Part shown: one piece after another, positions 36,916 to 51,085 of the stretch
Layout of the letters: each line of letters begins with the position of its first letter
Numbering within the stretch: the stretch's first letter is position 1
Source of the DNA: Octopus sinensis
Lineage: Eukaryota
Assembly: GCF_006345805.1 (NCBI RefSeq)
Contig: NC_043000.1
Span: 90,892,001 to 90,956,000, forward strand
Direction of reading: 5' to 3'
Length of the DNA stretch: 64,000 bases
Made by a program: the position numbers and the translations under genes
The notes under the pieces: model-generated
What the model was told of the DNA's origin: nothing
What the model saw: only the letters and a program-made list of their open reading frames with translations
Databases searched by the model: none

Positions 36916-37600
36916 TATACATATATACATATATTCAAAGGAAGTTAGAGGTTGTGAATCCAACCAACTAAGGGATAATATATATCCAATATACTGCTAG
37001 TAGAATACACAATTATTAATATACAAGTGTTTTTATTGCATTGCAATTACATTACCTAGTGTACTAAATGGATGAGAGTAAAGATACATTTCACCGTTAA
37101 TTTATAGAGCAATAAGAAAATGGAGGGGATCAATAGGTGATCCATCCACTTTTAGACATTATATTATGTGAATTTATTTATTTATTTACTAAAATGACAA
37201 TTGCAAGAATATACATACATGGATAACATTTGCTTTACATATAAAATATATAAAGATAGCAGTAATTATTAAAATATAACATACAGGAATATAAATTGGG
37301 AAAATATCTTACAGTTGTTTCAGCCAAGAGGCAAAAATACCTTATTCTACCTTTATTCCTCCAGTAGACTGAAGTAATTAGTAGATGAAATTGAGGTACT
37401 TGGGCGTTTCTCTAGGGTTCGTCAGAGATTTTAGAAAGTACATAAGGTTAAGTTATAAACTTAAATAAATAAAAATAAATACACACAAATTTACATACTT
37501 ATACATATACATATGCATACATATATAAATATACATAAATACATATACCTACACTTAAATGTACATACATATTTGCATTTATAAGCATACACAATAATCA

Positions 37601-37643
<43 letters not shown>

Positions 37644-38088
37644 GATGCATTATATTATTCATATTAGATAAAATATAAACTGAGGTATGAGAAAGTTATA
37701 AGAAGAGTAATATTTTAATCTATAAAATCAATATATCTTAAATTTATTTCAGTTATGTAAGAACGACACTGCATACACATGAGGAACATATATATATATA
37801 CACATACACACACACACACAAATATATATATACACTTATATTTCCGCTCGAACATACTCATATGTACATACGTATTATATGTGTTTAGAAGGGAGGATCT
37901 GTGCAGTAGTTTGTATCATTATAATTATAAATATAATTATAACAATAATACCCAGACTTATTTATATTTACATATAAACGTGATATGTTTATTACTCCGG
38001 AGTAGGTGGCAAGTATGCTTCACGATATCATGCTGCTACTATTTACTGCGCGCTCAGTGATGTACTATTGCTATGCATATATATATCT

Positions 38089-38423
38089 GAGACCCCCTTC
38101 GGTAATCACTGACCATGGGATTGCACCTACAAATTTACCCTCCCAGGCACAAGACCGGGCAAGGTTGTTTATGGAAGACCAGCAGTGGCTAATGCATACC
38201 GGCCTCCCCTCTCCACGCCACCAGTGTTATCCAAGGGAAATCAAAGGCTGATACAGCTTGGTACCTGTGACGTCGCAACTCATTTTTACAGCTGAGTGAA
38301 CTGGAGAAACGTGAAATAAAGTGTCTTGCTCGAGAAGACAACACGCAGCCCGGTCCGGGATTGGAGCTCACAAACTTACGAACGTAAGCTCGACGCCCTA
38401 ACCACTGAGCCATGCGCCTTCAC
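38089..38423 (-). mobile_element. tRNA-derived CORE-like SINE (family S3), full length
   Basis: A-box TGGCTCAGTGG, B-box-like GAGCTCCAATCC, CORE-like CAAGACACTTTATTTCAC...CACTCAGCTGTAAAAATGAGT; 3' GGTCAGTGATTACCGAAGGGGGTCTC. Confidence 0.8.
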
Positions 38424-38782
38424 ACATATATTAATAAATACACATATACAGATGTACATATATATACACACATATATACATATATACATATATACACATA
38501 TATACATATATACGCAAATACATATATATACACATATATATACATATACACATATATACAGATATATACATATACATATATATATAGTTATACATATATG
38601 CATATACATATATACATATATATACATATACATATATAAATATATGCATATACATATAAATATACATATATATATATACATACATATATACATATATATA
38701 TACATATATATACACACATATTTATACATATATATACATATATGCATATATACGTTTATATATATACACATATATATATATA
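38424..38782. repeat. Degenerate (TA)n/(TACA)n tract
   Basis: Direct. Confidence 0.95.
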
Positions 38783-39633
38783 ATAGAAATATTAAAATTA
38801 CTAAGTCTCTCTAAAGGAGATTACGGCAGCGTTACTGGATATTAATAGTTATTGCCATACTAATATGGCAGTCTATAAATATAAGACTAAAGCTGTCGTT
38901 GATTAGCTCCAAGAGGCCATCGCCTCTAGCTAGCTATATGACACACGAACCTGCATCCATTACAACCTTCGAACATATATACATACGCACACACACATAT
39001 ATGTTTATATATATTTATATAATAACAATAATAATTAAATGGTATAAATTAATTTTTCAATATTGAATTGATAAAAGGTGTTTTTTTCTAATTTATATAT
39101 ATATATATATATACATACACCTACTAAATATATAATTCGCTTTGTAATTATGAGTGCGCTTAACTTCGCAAATGCATATGCTCACATTTTTGCTAATGCT
39201 TGTAGTAACGTGTGTGCTCGTGCCATGCTGCTTGCCGGAGGGTCTTTATACAACCACATCGGTTAACGGTTATTTTCAATACTTTTCTCACTGGATTAAG
39301 TGTTCGTATCTCTTTTTGTCTTCTACAATTTTATTTTTGGGTCTTCTATATATATATGAAGAATTTTCCTCTGTCTGGCTGTTTTTCTCTCTACAAAAGG
39401 ACAATTTGCATTATGGAACAGTCATTTTAACGAGATTTTTTTTATTTATGACGCGACGAGATACGTCTACACCACGGATACTCCTGAACTAGTTTTCGTG
39501 TGTCCCACAAGCGGAGTTGATGCTAGATGTGTCGAAACAATTGTGATTAATACATATCCTCCTATATATTCATCTTCTGTCTTTCATTTTTATATACATA
39601 GAGATACATACATACATATACATACATACATAC

Positions 39634-39700
<67 letters not shown>

Positions 39701-39961
39701 AATGAATAAATAAAACATATGCATATATACATACATATATGTACGTACCTACATCTACATGTATATATACATGCATATATCGGTACATGACACCAACAAA
39801 TTTCGAACACAATGAGAAACGCAAACAGGACATAGAACACAAGGAAAATTCCCCTTCTTCAGTCGCCTCTGTTTCATCTACTCCGGGTTATACATATATA
39901 CACATACATATATACATTTATGCATATATATATACATATATATGTACATATACATATATAT

Positions 39962-40005
<44 letters not shown>

Positions 40006-40026
40006 TTATATAGATATATATATATA

Positions 40027-40618
40027 TTGTATTTCGGAATGGTCATTTTGCCAGTTTAGCCAATAAAATACACGCACTATATATATATATATAATAAAAT
40101 ACATAGATAAATAAACAAATAGAAATAAATAACTATACAGATTTTCTTTTTAATTTAAAAGATTGAAAAAAAAATTTTTGAAATTTTTGAAATAAAATTT
40201 TTTTTTGTTTTAAATGTTTTATTATTATTGTTATTACTAGTATTGTTGTTATGCATACATACATACAAGCATACGTAATAATAATAATAATGATAATAAT
40301 AGTAATAATAAGTGGATGTAAACATGAACAAAATAAAAAAAAAAGAATAAACAAAAACAAAAACAAGTTACTCGAACGTATATAAACAGAAGATCCAAAT
40401 ATTACAGGCATCCCCCCCACACATACAAACTAACTAAACATAGACGCACATAGAGATATACGCATGCACAAATAAAGACATACAATAGAAATACAAAATG
40501 GTTGACGGTTAGTAAGGAGAGACACACAAATAAGAAAGAAGAAAACAAAGGACCACCAAATATATAGCGCGTGTGTTTTTATTGGCTAAACTAGCAAAAT
40601 GACCATTCCGAAATGCAA
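40027..40618. repeat. Two inverted copies of a 55-bp repeat end (40027-40080, 40561-40618)
   Basis: ATTTCGGAATGGTCATTTTGC(C/T)AGTTTAGCCAATAAAA(T/A)ACAC in opposite orientations. Confidence 0.8.
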
Positions 40619-40680
40619 GAATGCCTGTTTCAACACACGACTTGCACAACAAATATATAAACGTAATATATATATATATT

Positions 40681-42132
40681 TAACTTAGAATAACTTAGAA
40701 AGGTTTTGGCCAGTGTTGGCCCAGGCCATGTCTAACTTAATAGCACGACCTGGCGAAGTCTTTCAATTCAGGATTTGGGCACCAAGGCTCATTCGAGCAG
40801 AGAGTTATTGTTTGCAGAGACAAATCCGGGTGTGGGTGTTTTGTCCGGGACTGTTTGAAGGAATTTGTTCAAAGACTTCTTGAATTTTGTGTGGTCAGTT
40901 TCTATTTTCATGTGACCTGGTGTAATGTTGAAGAGAGCGGGTCCAATTGAGGTGAAATATATTTCTTTATTGCACACGGGGAGGCTAAACACAGAGGGGA
41001 CAAACAGGAACAGTCAACGGTCTTAAGTCTGTTACAACGACCCCAGAGCGTAACTGGTACTTAATTTATCAATCCCGAAAGGATGAAAGGCAAAGTCGAC
41101 CTCGGCGGAATTTGAACTCAGAACGTAACGGCAGACGAAATACCGCTAAGCACTTCGTCCGACGTGCTAACAATTCTGCCAGCTGCCGCCCTTTTATGCC
41201 GTATTGTTGTTATGAGATGCGATTTATATTTATGTTGTGGACGGATGGCACGGGGTCCAAGTCTTGAATGTATTTTGAAGGTGATGGCAACATCATTTGG
41301 ACAGTGCTGATGGAATATTTTCCACATCATACAGATAATGTAGCGTTCACGGCGACGTTGGAGTGAATATAGTTTCAGCTTTTCCAGTCGACCCCAGTAG
41401 TCGAGGTCTGACATGCCATCTATCTATTTCGTGATTGACCTTTGAGGACCTTCAACTTTCATAATACTATGTTTCGTGTAGGGAGACCACAGTGGACAGC
41501 AGTATTCAAGGTGTGGTCGGGCAAAAGTGGAGAAGAGAAGGATAATGGTGTGGGAATCTCTCGACTGGAAGGTTCTGAGAATCCAGGTACACATTCTGCG
41601 GGCCATGTCAACTTTGCTGCCTATATGTGTAGCCCAGCTTATGTTGTCGTCCACTGTTACTCCCAAGTCTCTGATGTTGTTAGACGCCATGAGAATTTCA
41701 CCAGAAGGAAGAGAATATGGGAGTTTCAGAGCGTCCTCCCTTCCAAAGTGGATCAATTCGAATTTGTCTTCGTTTAGCAACATGCTGTTCTTTTCCGCCC
41801 AATGGACGACAAACAGTAGGTCTGACTGAAGGCTTATCCGGTCATCCACGCCATTGATGACCTTCTGGAGCTTGGAATCATCAGCGAAGATTTTTATGTA
41901 ACTGTGTTTGATGATGTCAGTAATGTCATTAATGTAGATGATGAAGAGAAGTGGGCCCAACACAGTGCCTTGTGGGACACCACTACTGACTTTGGCTGGG
42001 AAGGATTTGACTCCTTCGACTACAACATTTTGGGTTCTGTTTGACAGGAAGCACTTGATCCACTGCAGCAGCTTTCCAGTGACACCAATATTGGACAGCT
42101 TTCTGAAAAGGATCAACCCTGTCAAAGGCCAC
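40681..42132 (-). mobile_element. 5'-truncated CR1/L2-like LINE (second family), interrupted by a SINE
   Basis: AFDRV, GVPQGTVLGPLLFIIYIND, FADDSK, RPHLEYCCPLWSP, KLYSLQRRRERY, then YFTSIGPALFN...NNSLLE*; (TTCTAAGTTA)2 tail. Confidence 0.93.
40960..41192 (-). mobile_element. SINE S1 inserted into the LINE ORF
   Basis: Full S1 sequence lies between LINE codons ...TTIRH and YFTSIG... Confidence 0.9.
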
Positions 42133-42256
42133 ATACATATATATATATACATGTATATATACATATTTACATACATAGGCACACACATAACTTATTTGAT
42201 TGAGTTAGGAACACCATAACAACAGTATATGCATAATGTATATTTATATATCAATA

Positions 42257-42395
42257 AATTATCATCATTATTATTATTATTATATTATTATTATTATATT
42301 ATTATTATTATCATTATCATTATTATTATTATTATCATTATCATTATTATTATTATTATATTATTATTATTATTATCATTATCATTATTATTATT

Positions 42396-42445
<50 letters not shown>

Positions 42446-42452
42446 TATTATT

Positions 42453-42505
<53 letters not shown>

Positions 42506-42602
42506 TATTATTATTATATTATTATTATTATATTATTATTATTATATTATTATTATTATCATTATCATTATTATTATTATTATCATTATCATTATTATTA
42601 TT

Positions 42603-42639
<37 letters not shown>

Positions 42640-42663
42640 TATTATTATTATATTATTATTATT

Positions 42664-42732
<69 letters not shown>

Positions 42733-42829
42733 TATTATTATTATATTATTATTATTATATTATTATTATTATCATTATCATTATTATTATTATTATATTA
42801 TTATTATTATCATTATCATTATTATTATT

Positions 42830-42873
<44 letters not shown>

Positions 42874-43134
42874 TATTATTATTATCATTATCATTATTAT
42901 TATTATTATCATTATCATTATTATTATTATTATCATTATCATTATTATTATTATTATCATTATCATTATTATTATTATTATCATTATCATTATTATTATT
43001 ATTATCATTATCATTATTATTATTATTATCATTATCATTATTATTATTATTATCATTATCATTATTATTATTATTATATTATTATTATTATCATTATCAT
43101 TATTATTATTATTATCATTATCATTATTATTATT

Positions 43135-43166
<32 letters not shown>

Positions 43167-43216
43167 ATTATTATTATTATTATATTATTATTATTATCAT
43201 TATCATTATTATTATT

Positions 43217-43260
<44 letters not shown>

Positions 43261-43367
43261 TATTATTATTATCATTATCATTATTATTATTATTATATTA
43301 TTATTATTATCATTATCATTATTATTATTATTATATTATTATTATTATCATTATCATTATTATTATT

Positions 43368-43399
<32 letters not shown>

Positions 43400-43442
43400 A
43401 TTATTATTATTATATTATTATTATTATTATATTATTATTATT

Positions 43443-43516
<74 letters not shown>

Positions 43517-43527
43517 TATTATTATTA

Positions 43528-43598
<71 letters not shown>

Positions 43599-43609
43599 TA
43601 TTATTATTA

Positions 43610-43664
<55 letters not shown>

Positions 43665-43685
43665 CATCATCATCATCATCATCAT
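42257..43685. repeat. 1.4-kb (ATT)n array with ATC variants and higher-order about 21-bp units
   Basis: Direct; the 514/522-aa ORFs are artefacts of it. Confidence 0.97.
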
Positions 43686-44102
43686 GTTATATTCATATAT
43701 TTTGTTTTTCTTTATCGGTTGTCTCATTACTCGCAAAATCGATCGGAAGATATCTGTATGTTTACATACGTAAGTCTATGCACGCGTGTATATTCATTTC
43801 TTGATAAATATACATGAGTATATGTATTATTCTCTAAACGTATAGTTATAGATACGCATGTAAAACAAACAAACAAAAAAAACCCAAAAAACAAAACAAA
43901 ACAAAACAAAAAGTCCTAATCAATACTTGCCGCACAAACAAACTGATAGACAACACAGTATGTACGAATTCAAGCAAAAACTAATTAACACTTCCACCCC
44001 AAACACAAATAATCCAAAGTCCACTCTTACATCCACATATACAAACATATGTTCATCTACATGTATACATATGTATATATGAATGTATGTGTGTGTGTGT
44101 GT

Positions 44103-44136
<34 letters not shown>

Positions 44137-44325
44137 GTATGTGTATTTACAGGGAGAGACGAGAGGTGGGTACTACCAAAATAATCACATAAAGTCTCAT
44201 TAGAGAACTGTTGAAAAGAGTTCCAAGGGGAATAATTAAACAAACTATTCATTGCATTGTACTACTGTACTCCCTAAGGATAAGCCAATGTATATATATA
44301 TATATATATATAATATATATATATA

Positions 44326-44385
<60 letters not shown>

Positions 44386-44972
44386 TGTGTGTGTGTGTGT
44401 ATTTGTGTGTGTGTGTATATGCACACATATATGCATATATAATATAGATATACGCAAATACACTCATATACAATTTACATATACCCATGTAAATTTGTTT
44501 ATATATGCACACATATATTTCTCTGTGTTTGTGTATCTCTCTCTCTACACACATCTGTACTCTAATACATCAAATAGAGACATCTCCTTTTAAGTAATAG
44601 TAAATAGTCTCTCACCCCAAAACACCACACAAATGAACGCAATAAGGCAATAACAAAATAAACAAAAAAACAAGCAAATAAATAAATAAATAGATAAATA
44701 AAATGGAGTAAATCAGGGCAGAAGGCTCCGACATGTATCCGTTGCTACCATTGTAATAGGAATAAAAGAAAATGTCAACAGTAAATCTACATTCAATCTT
44801 TGTTTCTCTGGCAAAACAACAAACGAGAAAAGATTTCATAGTAAGTACATGATATAACGCGACACTTCTATTATCACAATATGTTCTACATTAGCGAATT
44901 ATTTAGGGTGCGTAAACGAGGTATTACTAACAATACCTCGTTTAAAATGGAGAAGTTTAACACCTTATCTCT

Positions 44973-45019
<47 letters not shown>

Positions 45020-45089
45020 GAAGAACATGGACAAATACACATGCTAATGCACTCTCTCTCACACACACACATGCACACACACATATCCT

Positions 45090-45440
45090 ATGCTGTACCT
45101 GTTTCAGTTTTTGGACTGTAAGCATGGCCGTGCACAATCTTCCAGGGTTTAGCCGAACAAATATACCTCTGTATTTATTTTGAAGATTCGTATTAATGTA
45201 ATCGTTCTCTTCTTGCTGAACCGCTAGGTTGCAGGGATGTAAACAAGCTAACACAAGCTGTGAAGCTGCGGTAGGGGATGAACAAAAATAAAAATGCACA
45301 CACATATATACATGCATATACGTATACATGTATACATATATACGTATCTGTGTGTATATCCATCTACATGCATATATATATGCATTTATAACCCTTATGT
45401 GTGAATTTAGTGGAAGGAAACCGAAAGGAGCCCGTCGTGT

Positions 45441-45477
<37 letters not shown>

Positions 45478-45485
45478 ATATCTAG

Positions 45486-45531
<46 letters not shown>

Positions 45532-45558
45532 ATACATGTTCATACATACACATGTATA

Positions 45559-45610
<52 letters not shown>

Positions 45611-45790
45611 TGTACATATATATATGCATGTACATATATGCACACATGTACATATGTGTGTGTGTGTGTGTGTGTACATGACGGGCTCCTTTCGGTCTCC
45701 ATCTACTAAATTCACTCATAAGGGTTTGGTCTTCTTGTGTTTATAGTGTAAAAGCCAGCGTTTTGTGCAGTGGGACTGGATGAAAGAGCA
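45090..45790. mobile_element. Cluster of degenerate SINE S2 fragments (45090-45290 -, 45345-45440 +, 45678-45790 -)
   Basis: CTGTAAGCATGGCC, GAACCGCTAGGTTGC, GGAAACCGAAAGGAGCCCGTCG, ACGGGCTCCTTTCGGTCTCC. Confidence 0.65.
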
Positions 45791-45859
45791 CAGATTTGAG
45801 GCAAACTTATTAGTAACTTACTAATGGAAGCAAGCACATTACACGCACGCACGCACACA

Positions 45860-45916
<57 letters not shown>

Positions 45917-46367
45917 TTCTAAAGAAAAAGCTTGTTAGAACTAATTAAAAACAAACATAAAATAATAATAAAAACTAATAAATCCCGATATAGATTTCGT
46001 AGCTATAAGTGACTAAAGGCAATCTGTTCCTATTAATGTATTATAACTGCAAAAGCTTTCTGAAAGAAATGTGACATTAATCAAAAGATGAGCTGACAAG
46101 ATGTCACACTACATTAGGCATGACCTCCAATTCCAATATGCTTATTTATCCACCCATATAAATATATTTTTATCTCTATGTTTATTGATAACTCTTAGGC
46201 AACCTTAATTCTTCGTTAAGGTGTAACAAAGATTCTTAACAAAGATACGCTTTGCATTATGCGAACAGACGACACAAAGACACATTATTTATGAAGTACA
46301 CCATAGCACAGTAGAAAAAGCAAAAATTAGACAAACCCGATGTTGTATCAAATTATAAAACAGTTGA

Positions 46368-49330
46368 TTAGTGCATTCCTTGGGCTTCATGCTTTTTCTA
46401 GTAAGAGGCAAGATATTTGGAAACATTTCGATTCCATTTTCCGTATAACAATGAACTCATTTCAGGATTTGATTGATATACAGTACGTATGGTTCAATTT
46501 ATTGGAAACCTATTAAACGAAATACGTGGTGGTAAAGGAAACCACACATTTTCTATCACAAATGAACTATATCCTTGTTTATCTACTTGAATTTATAATA
46601 TCAATTTTATGTTATATTAACTCTAAAGTCATATCACAACATGGGTTTGTCACGTGATCAACAACATTAATGAAAAAAATCAAAGCTCCATTCGGGTATA
46701 TCAATATTTATGGTATCGGCAGATAGTAGTACTGTGTCATCTGAAGAGGTTTTCCAGTCCTTGCGCAAACACATTTTCTGTGTAATTCCTCTGCAATACC
46801 GGCCAATAGTGAGTTATAATGCAAATAATTACGTATAAAATGGCGACGACTATATTGCCCTTTTTTCTAGTTAAAAGCTAAATGCTACGGTTTGCATCAA
46901 TAAGAGATGCCTTGTTCCCTTAATATTATAGATTAAATCATCCAAGTCATCTGTCATTCTTTCTAATTCTTTATTCCACAATTAAGATTAGTACATTGTC
47001 AAATAAATCCAGTAGGTGGTACAGAATGTTATCCTTGTAAAGCCATCGTACTTCTGTATGAAGAGATAGTTTGTCAATTGTTATACCACACAGTTTGTAA
47101 AATGGTCTATCAGATTTTGCTAACTTTTGAGCTAATTGAAGATTTTTACTGCTGTACAGTGATTAATGTGGGTCTTATCTCAAATATTTCTGTTATGAAT
47201 TACTATAGAATGCGTCTATAGTTTTTTAGCCAGCACAGTATGTTACAACGAAGGTAAACATATATTGAGTTTATATTCGCAACATATTCTCCGATAAGAA
47301 AAAAAGGAACAGATGCATATGTCACATATTACGACGATACTTCGGCGTCTCTGCGATGCTATAACCAACAGTAGAGTTGTCCAGCTGTATGGAAAATTTC
47401 TGTCCACGAAGCTTTACTATTTACTGACTTTTTAGTCATCTGCCATTCTATTGACCCAACTAACGAAGGCTCGTCACTTACACTGGGTCATCCCATAAAT
47501 AATGCAGTTTTTTTATACTTCTTTTATTTTTCAAAATTAAGATAAACAAAGTTCTGTTTTTTAAATCTAAAATATACTCTCCTTTATTTTCTACAATGCT
47601 CTTCCATCAATCGGCTAAACTTGCAAGGCCCCGCTTTCAAAATTCACTTGTCCGTGACGAAAAATACTCCTCCAGCACTATAGAATTTATATTTTTCCCG
47701 TCCAAATGATTTTGAAGACTGCGGAATAAATGACAATCAGATGGGAAAATGTTCGGCGAATATAATGGATGAGGCCACGTTTCCCATTCAAAGTGCCCCA
47801 GCCTTTGGAATATCATCTTCGTTGTATGTGGCCGAGAATTATCCTGATGGAAGAACACATTTCGTTTACAAACCAAAGATAGTCGTTTTTTCTTCTAGCG
47901 CTGACTTAAGCCGCTCAAACTGCACACAGTAAATCTACTTTGTTATCTTTTGGTTTGGGTTTAAAATTTCAAAATGGATTTAAACTTTCATATCCCACCA
48001 AATAGATAACAATATCATACGTGGGTGAAGATCTTATTTAGCCTGGAGTGTCGGTGTTTCACCTTTCCCTACCCACTGTCTTTGGTACAAGACACTTTTA
48101 TAGAGAACCTATTTCTCGTTACCAGTCACTATTCGGTCCGAAAAAGGTTCATTCATGAGACGTGATTGCAAAGAAGAGCCTCTATTCACTCTCTGCGTGA
48201 ATGTAGGCTCCTCCATGGGTTCCTCACAAACTTTCCGAGTTTGTGAGGAACCCATTGACCGTATCTGCTGACTTTTCGTATGGCACACAGGTATCGATTA
48301 ATGGTTAAATGACCAAATCCAAGCTTCTCTGTTAGTTCCTCAACAGTTACGCTGGGACTCTGTTCCACTAACCTTTGCAGGACGCCGTCGTCGAGCTTTA
48401 TAGAACTTTTAGGATGAGGCATGTCATCTAGTCTGTCGTGTCTGGCTCAAAATTTCTGGAACTGCTGTTGACACCGGTTTACGCTTATTGTCCAATCCCC
48501 ATACACTGCATTAATACTCTTCGTACTTTTTGTTGCGTTGTTGCCTTTATTGAACTCAGAAAGCAAAATATGCCGAATATGCTCCTTTTCCACTTCTATT
48601 ATAGCTTTGAAAAAAAACTGTTAAAATTGAAAAGCCCTCTTCAAAACTTGCACTAAGAATAAAGATAAGATACAATTACTACCTACTTTTATAGCAACTT
48701 CATACAGGTAGTTTAACCCGAACTCTCCAACTTTTAGTTCATGGAATTGAAGAAACCGCATTATTTATTGGATGAGCCAACATTTATGTTTCATCACATC
48801 AGTCGCATTTTATGTATTACAGATGGCAAAATCCTCACTCATCGCGAGTGTCACCAGCATTTTGACCCCAGTATGAAGTGTTATGCATTTATATTTGACA
48901 ATTAATATTGATATAGATCGGACGTTCCTACCACATCGTTAAAAGCAGATTGGTTGTTATTGGCAAACATCATCAAAATTGTGTTACTTTTACAAAATTC
49001 CTTATGCGTCTCGAAATACTCAAATAGACTCATATTTTTGTTAGTGAAAATGTTGGTTAAATAATCATTAGATCTTATTGATGGTAAATATCACCATAAT
49101 TGTATTTCCATTTCCAAATTATTTCTTCAGGGTCTCGAAATACTTAAATGGCTTCATTTTGCGTCAGTAAGCATGTTTGGTCACGGTGTCTCGATGGCAT
49201 CATATACTCATTTGAGAACATCTGCTTACAAAAAAGACGCCTTGAGAGACAAAGATCTCTCAATGACTAAATAAATCCCAGTGCTAAATAACTGAGAGGT
49301 CACTGCCTACAAAAACGTTTTAGAAATTAT
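46368..49330 (-). pseudogene. Decayed hAT (Buster/Charlie-like) transposase, split by a mariner insertion
   Basis: In order on the minus strand: YLALGFI, CKQMFSNEYMMPSR, [mariner], KLRGQKFSIQLDNST, HTVLAKKL, LSLHTEVRWLYKD, IDIPEW, TTYFV, KHEAQGMH*; many stops and frameshifts. Confidence 0.8.
47481..48782 (-). mobile_element. Full-length (about 1.3 kb) decayed mariner (DD34D-type) transposon
   Basis: About 30-bp imperfect TIRs, TA on the left; transposase 47563-48599: EHIRHILLSEFNKG, WVPHKL, IVTGNE (first catalytic D changed to N), HQDNSRPH, HPLYSPNIFPSDCHLFRSL. Confidence 0.93.
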
Positions 49331-50429
49331 ATAATAATAGTCGATATAAATATTGGTTGGCTGATTTTTCGCACACATTCTGTACATTATATACAAATGG
49401 AGGGAGATAATGAGTAAACAAAAGAAAAAGAGTGCATATACTAGTCTTGGTGGCAAGTAAGGAATACATTAGCACAACATATACACAGACACTGTGAGAG
49501 AAACTATCATAGAGACAGAAAGGGAGGGGAAGGATTGGGAAGTGAATGGCAAAGAAGTTATGGAAAGACAAACGAAAAATATTTTTATTCAATTTTATTT
49601 TAATGTAAAAAAATGTTTCTTTTCAAAATTATTATCCTTTTCATCCTCTCGCATGAACACTTGAATATTTTATTAACAGTAAAATTAGAATTATTGTGTG
49701 TTTCCTATATTTTCTGAAATTACCTCTGGTGGCAAAAATATAACTATCCCTCATTTAACGGTTAAGATGCTTGTAAAACACAATACATATTCTCTGGGTT
49801 CTAGCATGGCAAAACAGCGAAAGAGCCGATTGGCGAGGACTCATGTTCTTTCGTCCTTCGTTATACGTCTTACTTTATGCAATAAGGACAATCAATCTGT
49901 TGTTTCCTATACCGTTCACAGAAACCATATCTGAAAATATATTACACTTACGACATGCTACATTACTTTGACCATATCGCTATTAGCTTTAGCGAAGAGG
50001 TCCATTGCACTGCTAGTATCAGACTAATACTGGCATTGCCAAACGTTATGGGTATTAATGCCAGACACCAACTAATTACCCAAGATTCACCTAAAAACGG
50101 GCCAAGCATTCACCTATTGACTTATACATTATGCTGTTTATCATCTATCTAATTGTAAATCCAAATATATATACCTACATGTTTTTCTCCTTATTTATCT
50201 TTAATCACATTTTGCACCCAAATATGTAACTATGCACACACACACGCACACAAACTCATACACACAAACACACACAAACTCATACACACAAACACACACA
50301 CACAACGTACACATGAACTCCTGAGGTATATCCAGCGACAATTGTGCAATTACGTCGGATGACACCAGGTAGCCATAGACAGTGAATGTGCTTTATCGGT
50401 GTACTACAAGGACCATACCGAACACTTAA

Positions 50430-50525
50430 ATATTAACATAAATATATACACATACATACGCGCGCGCGCACACATACACACACATACATACATACATACA
50501 TATATATATACATATATATATATAC

Positions 50526-50556
<31 letters not shown>

Positions 50557-50602
50557 TGTATATATATAATATTATATATATAATATATATAATATATATA
50601 TA

Positions 50603-50657
<55 letters not shown>

Positions 50658-50665
50658 CACACACA
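50430..50665. repeat. (CA)n/(TA)n microsatellite
   Basis: Direct. Confidence 0.95.
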
Positions 50666-50831
50666 AAAGCTTGTTTTTATGTCTTGGCATACATGATAAT
50701 AAAAAAAATAGTTCGCCTAAGCTGAGAATAGCGAATATACTTTTTAGAGGGGTACACATTTCATTAACGTTTACAAGTATGAGGTGGTCAGGAACTTCAG
50801 AATTTCGGCTTACCACCTTTGACAATCCGGT

Positions 50832-51085
<254 letters not shown>

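Noticed and set aside
39500-39550. TTGATGC...TCGAAACAATTGT motif
   Set aside because: Core and stems too degenerate to call a ribozyme
42229-43804. 514-aa and 522-aa ORFs
   Set aside because: Translations of the (ATT)n array, which lacks stops in these frames
48817-49166. Two apparent small plus-strand exons with good AG/GT sites
   Set aside because: They lie antisense within the hAT transposase remnant
50016-50070. TAATACTG (miR-8/200 seed) next to an 8-bp stem
   Set aside because: The rest does not match miR-8, and the hairpin is too short and bulged for a pre-miRNA
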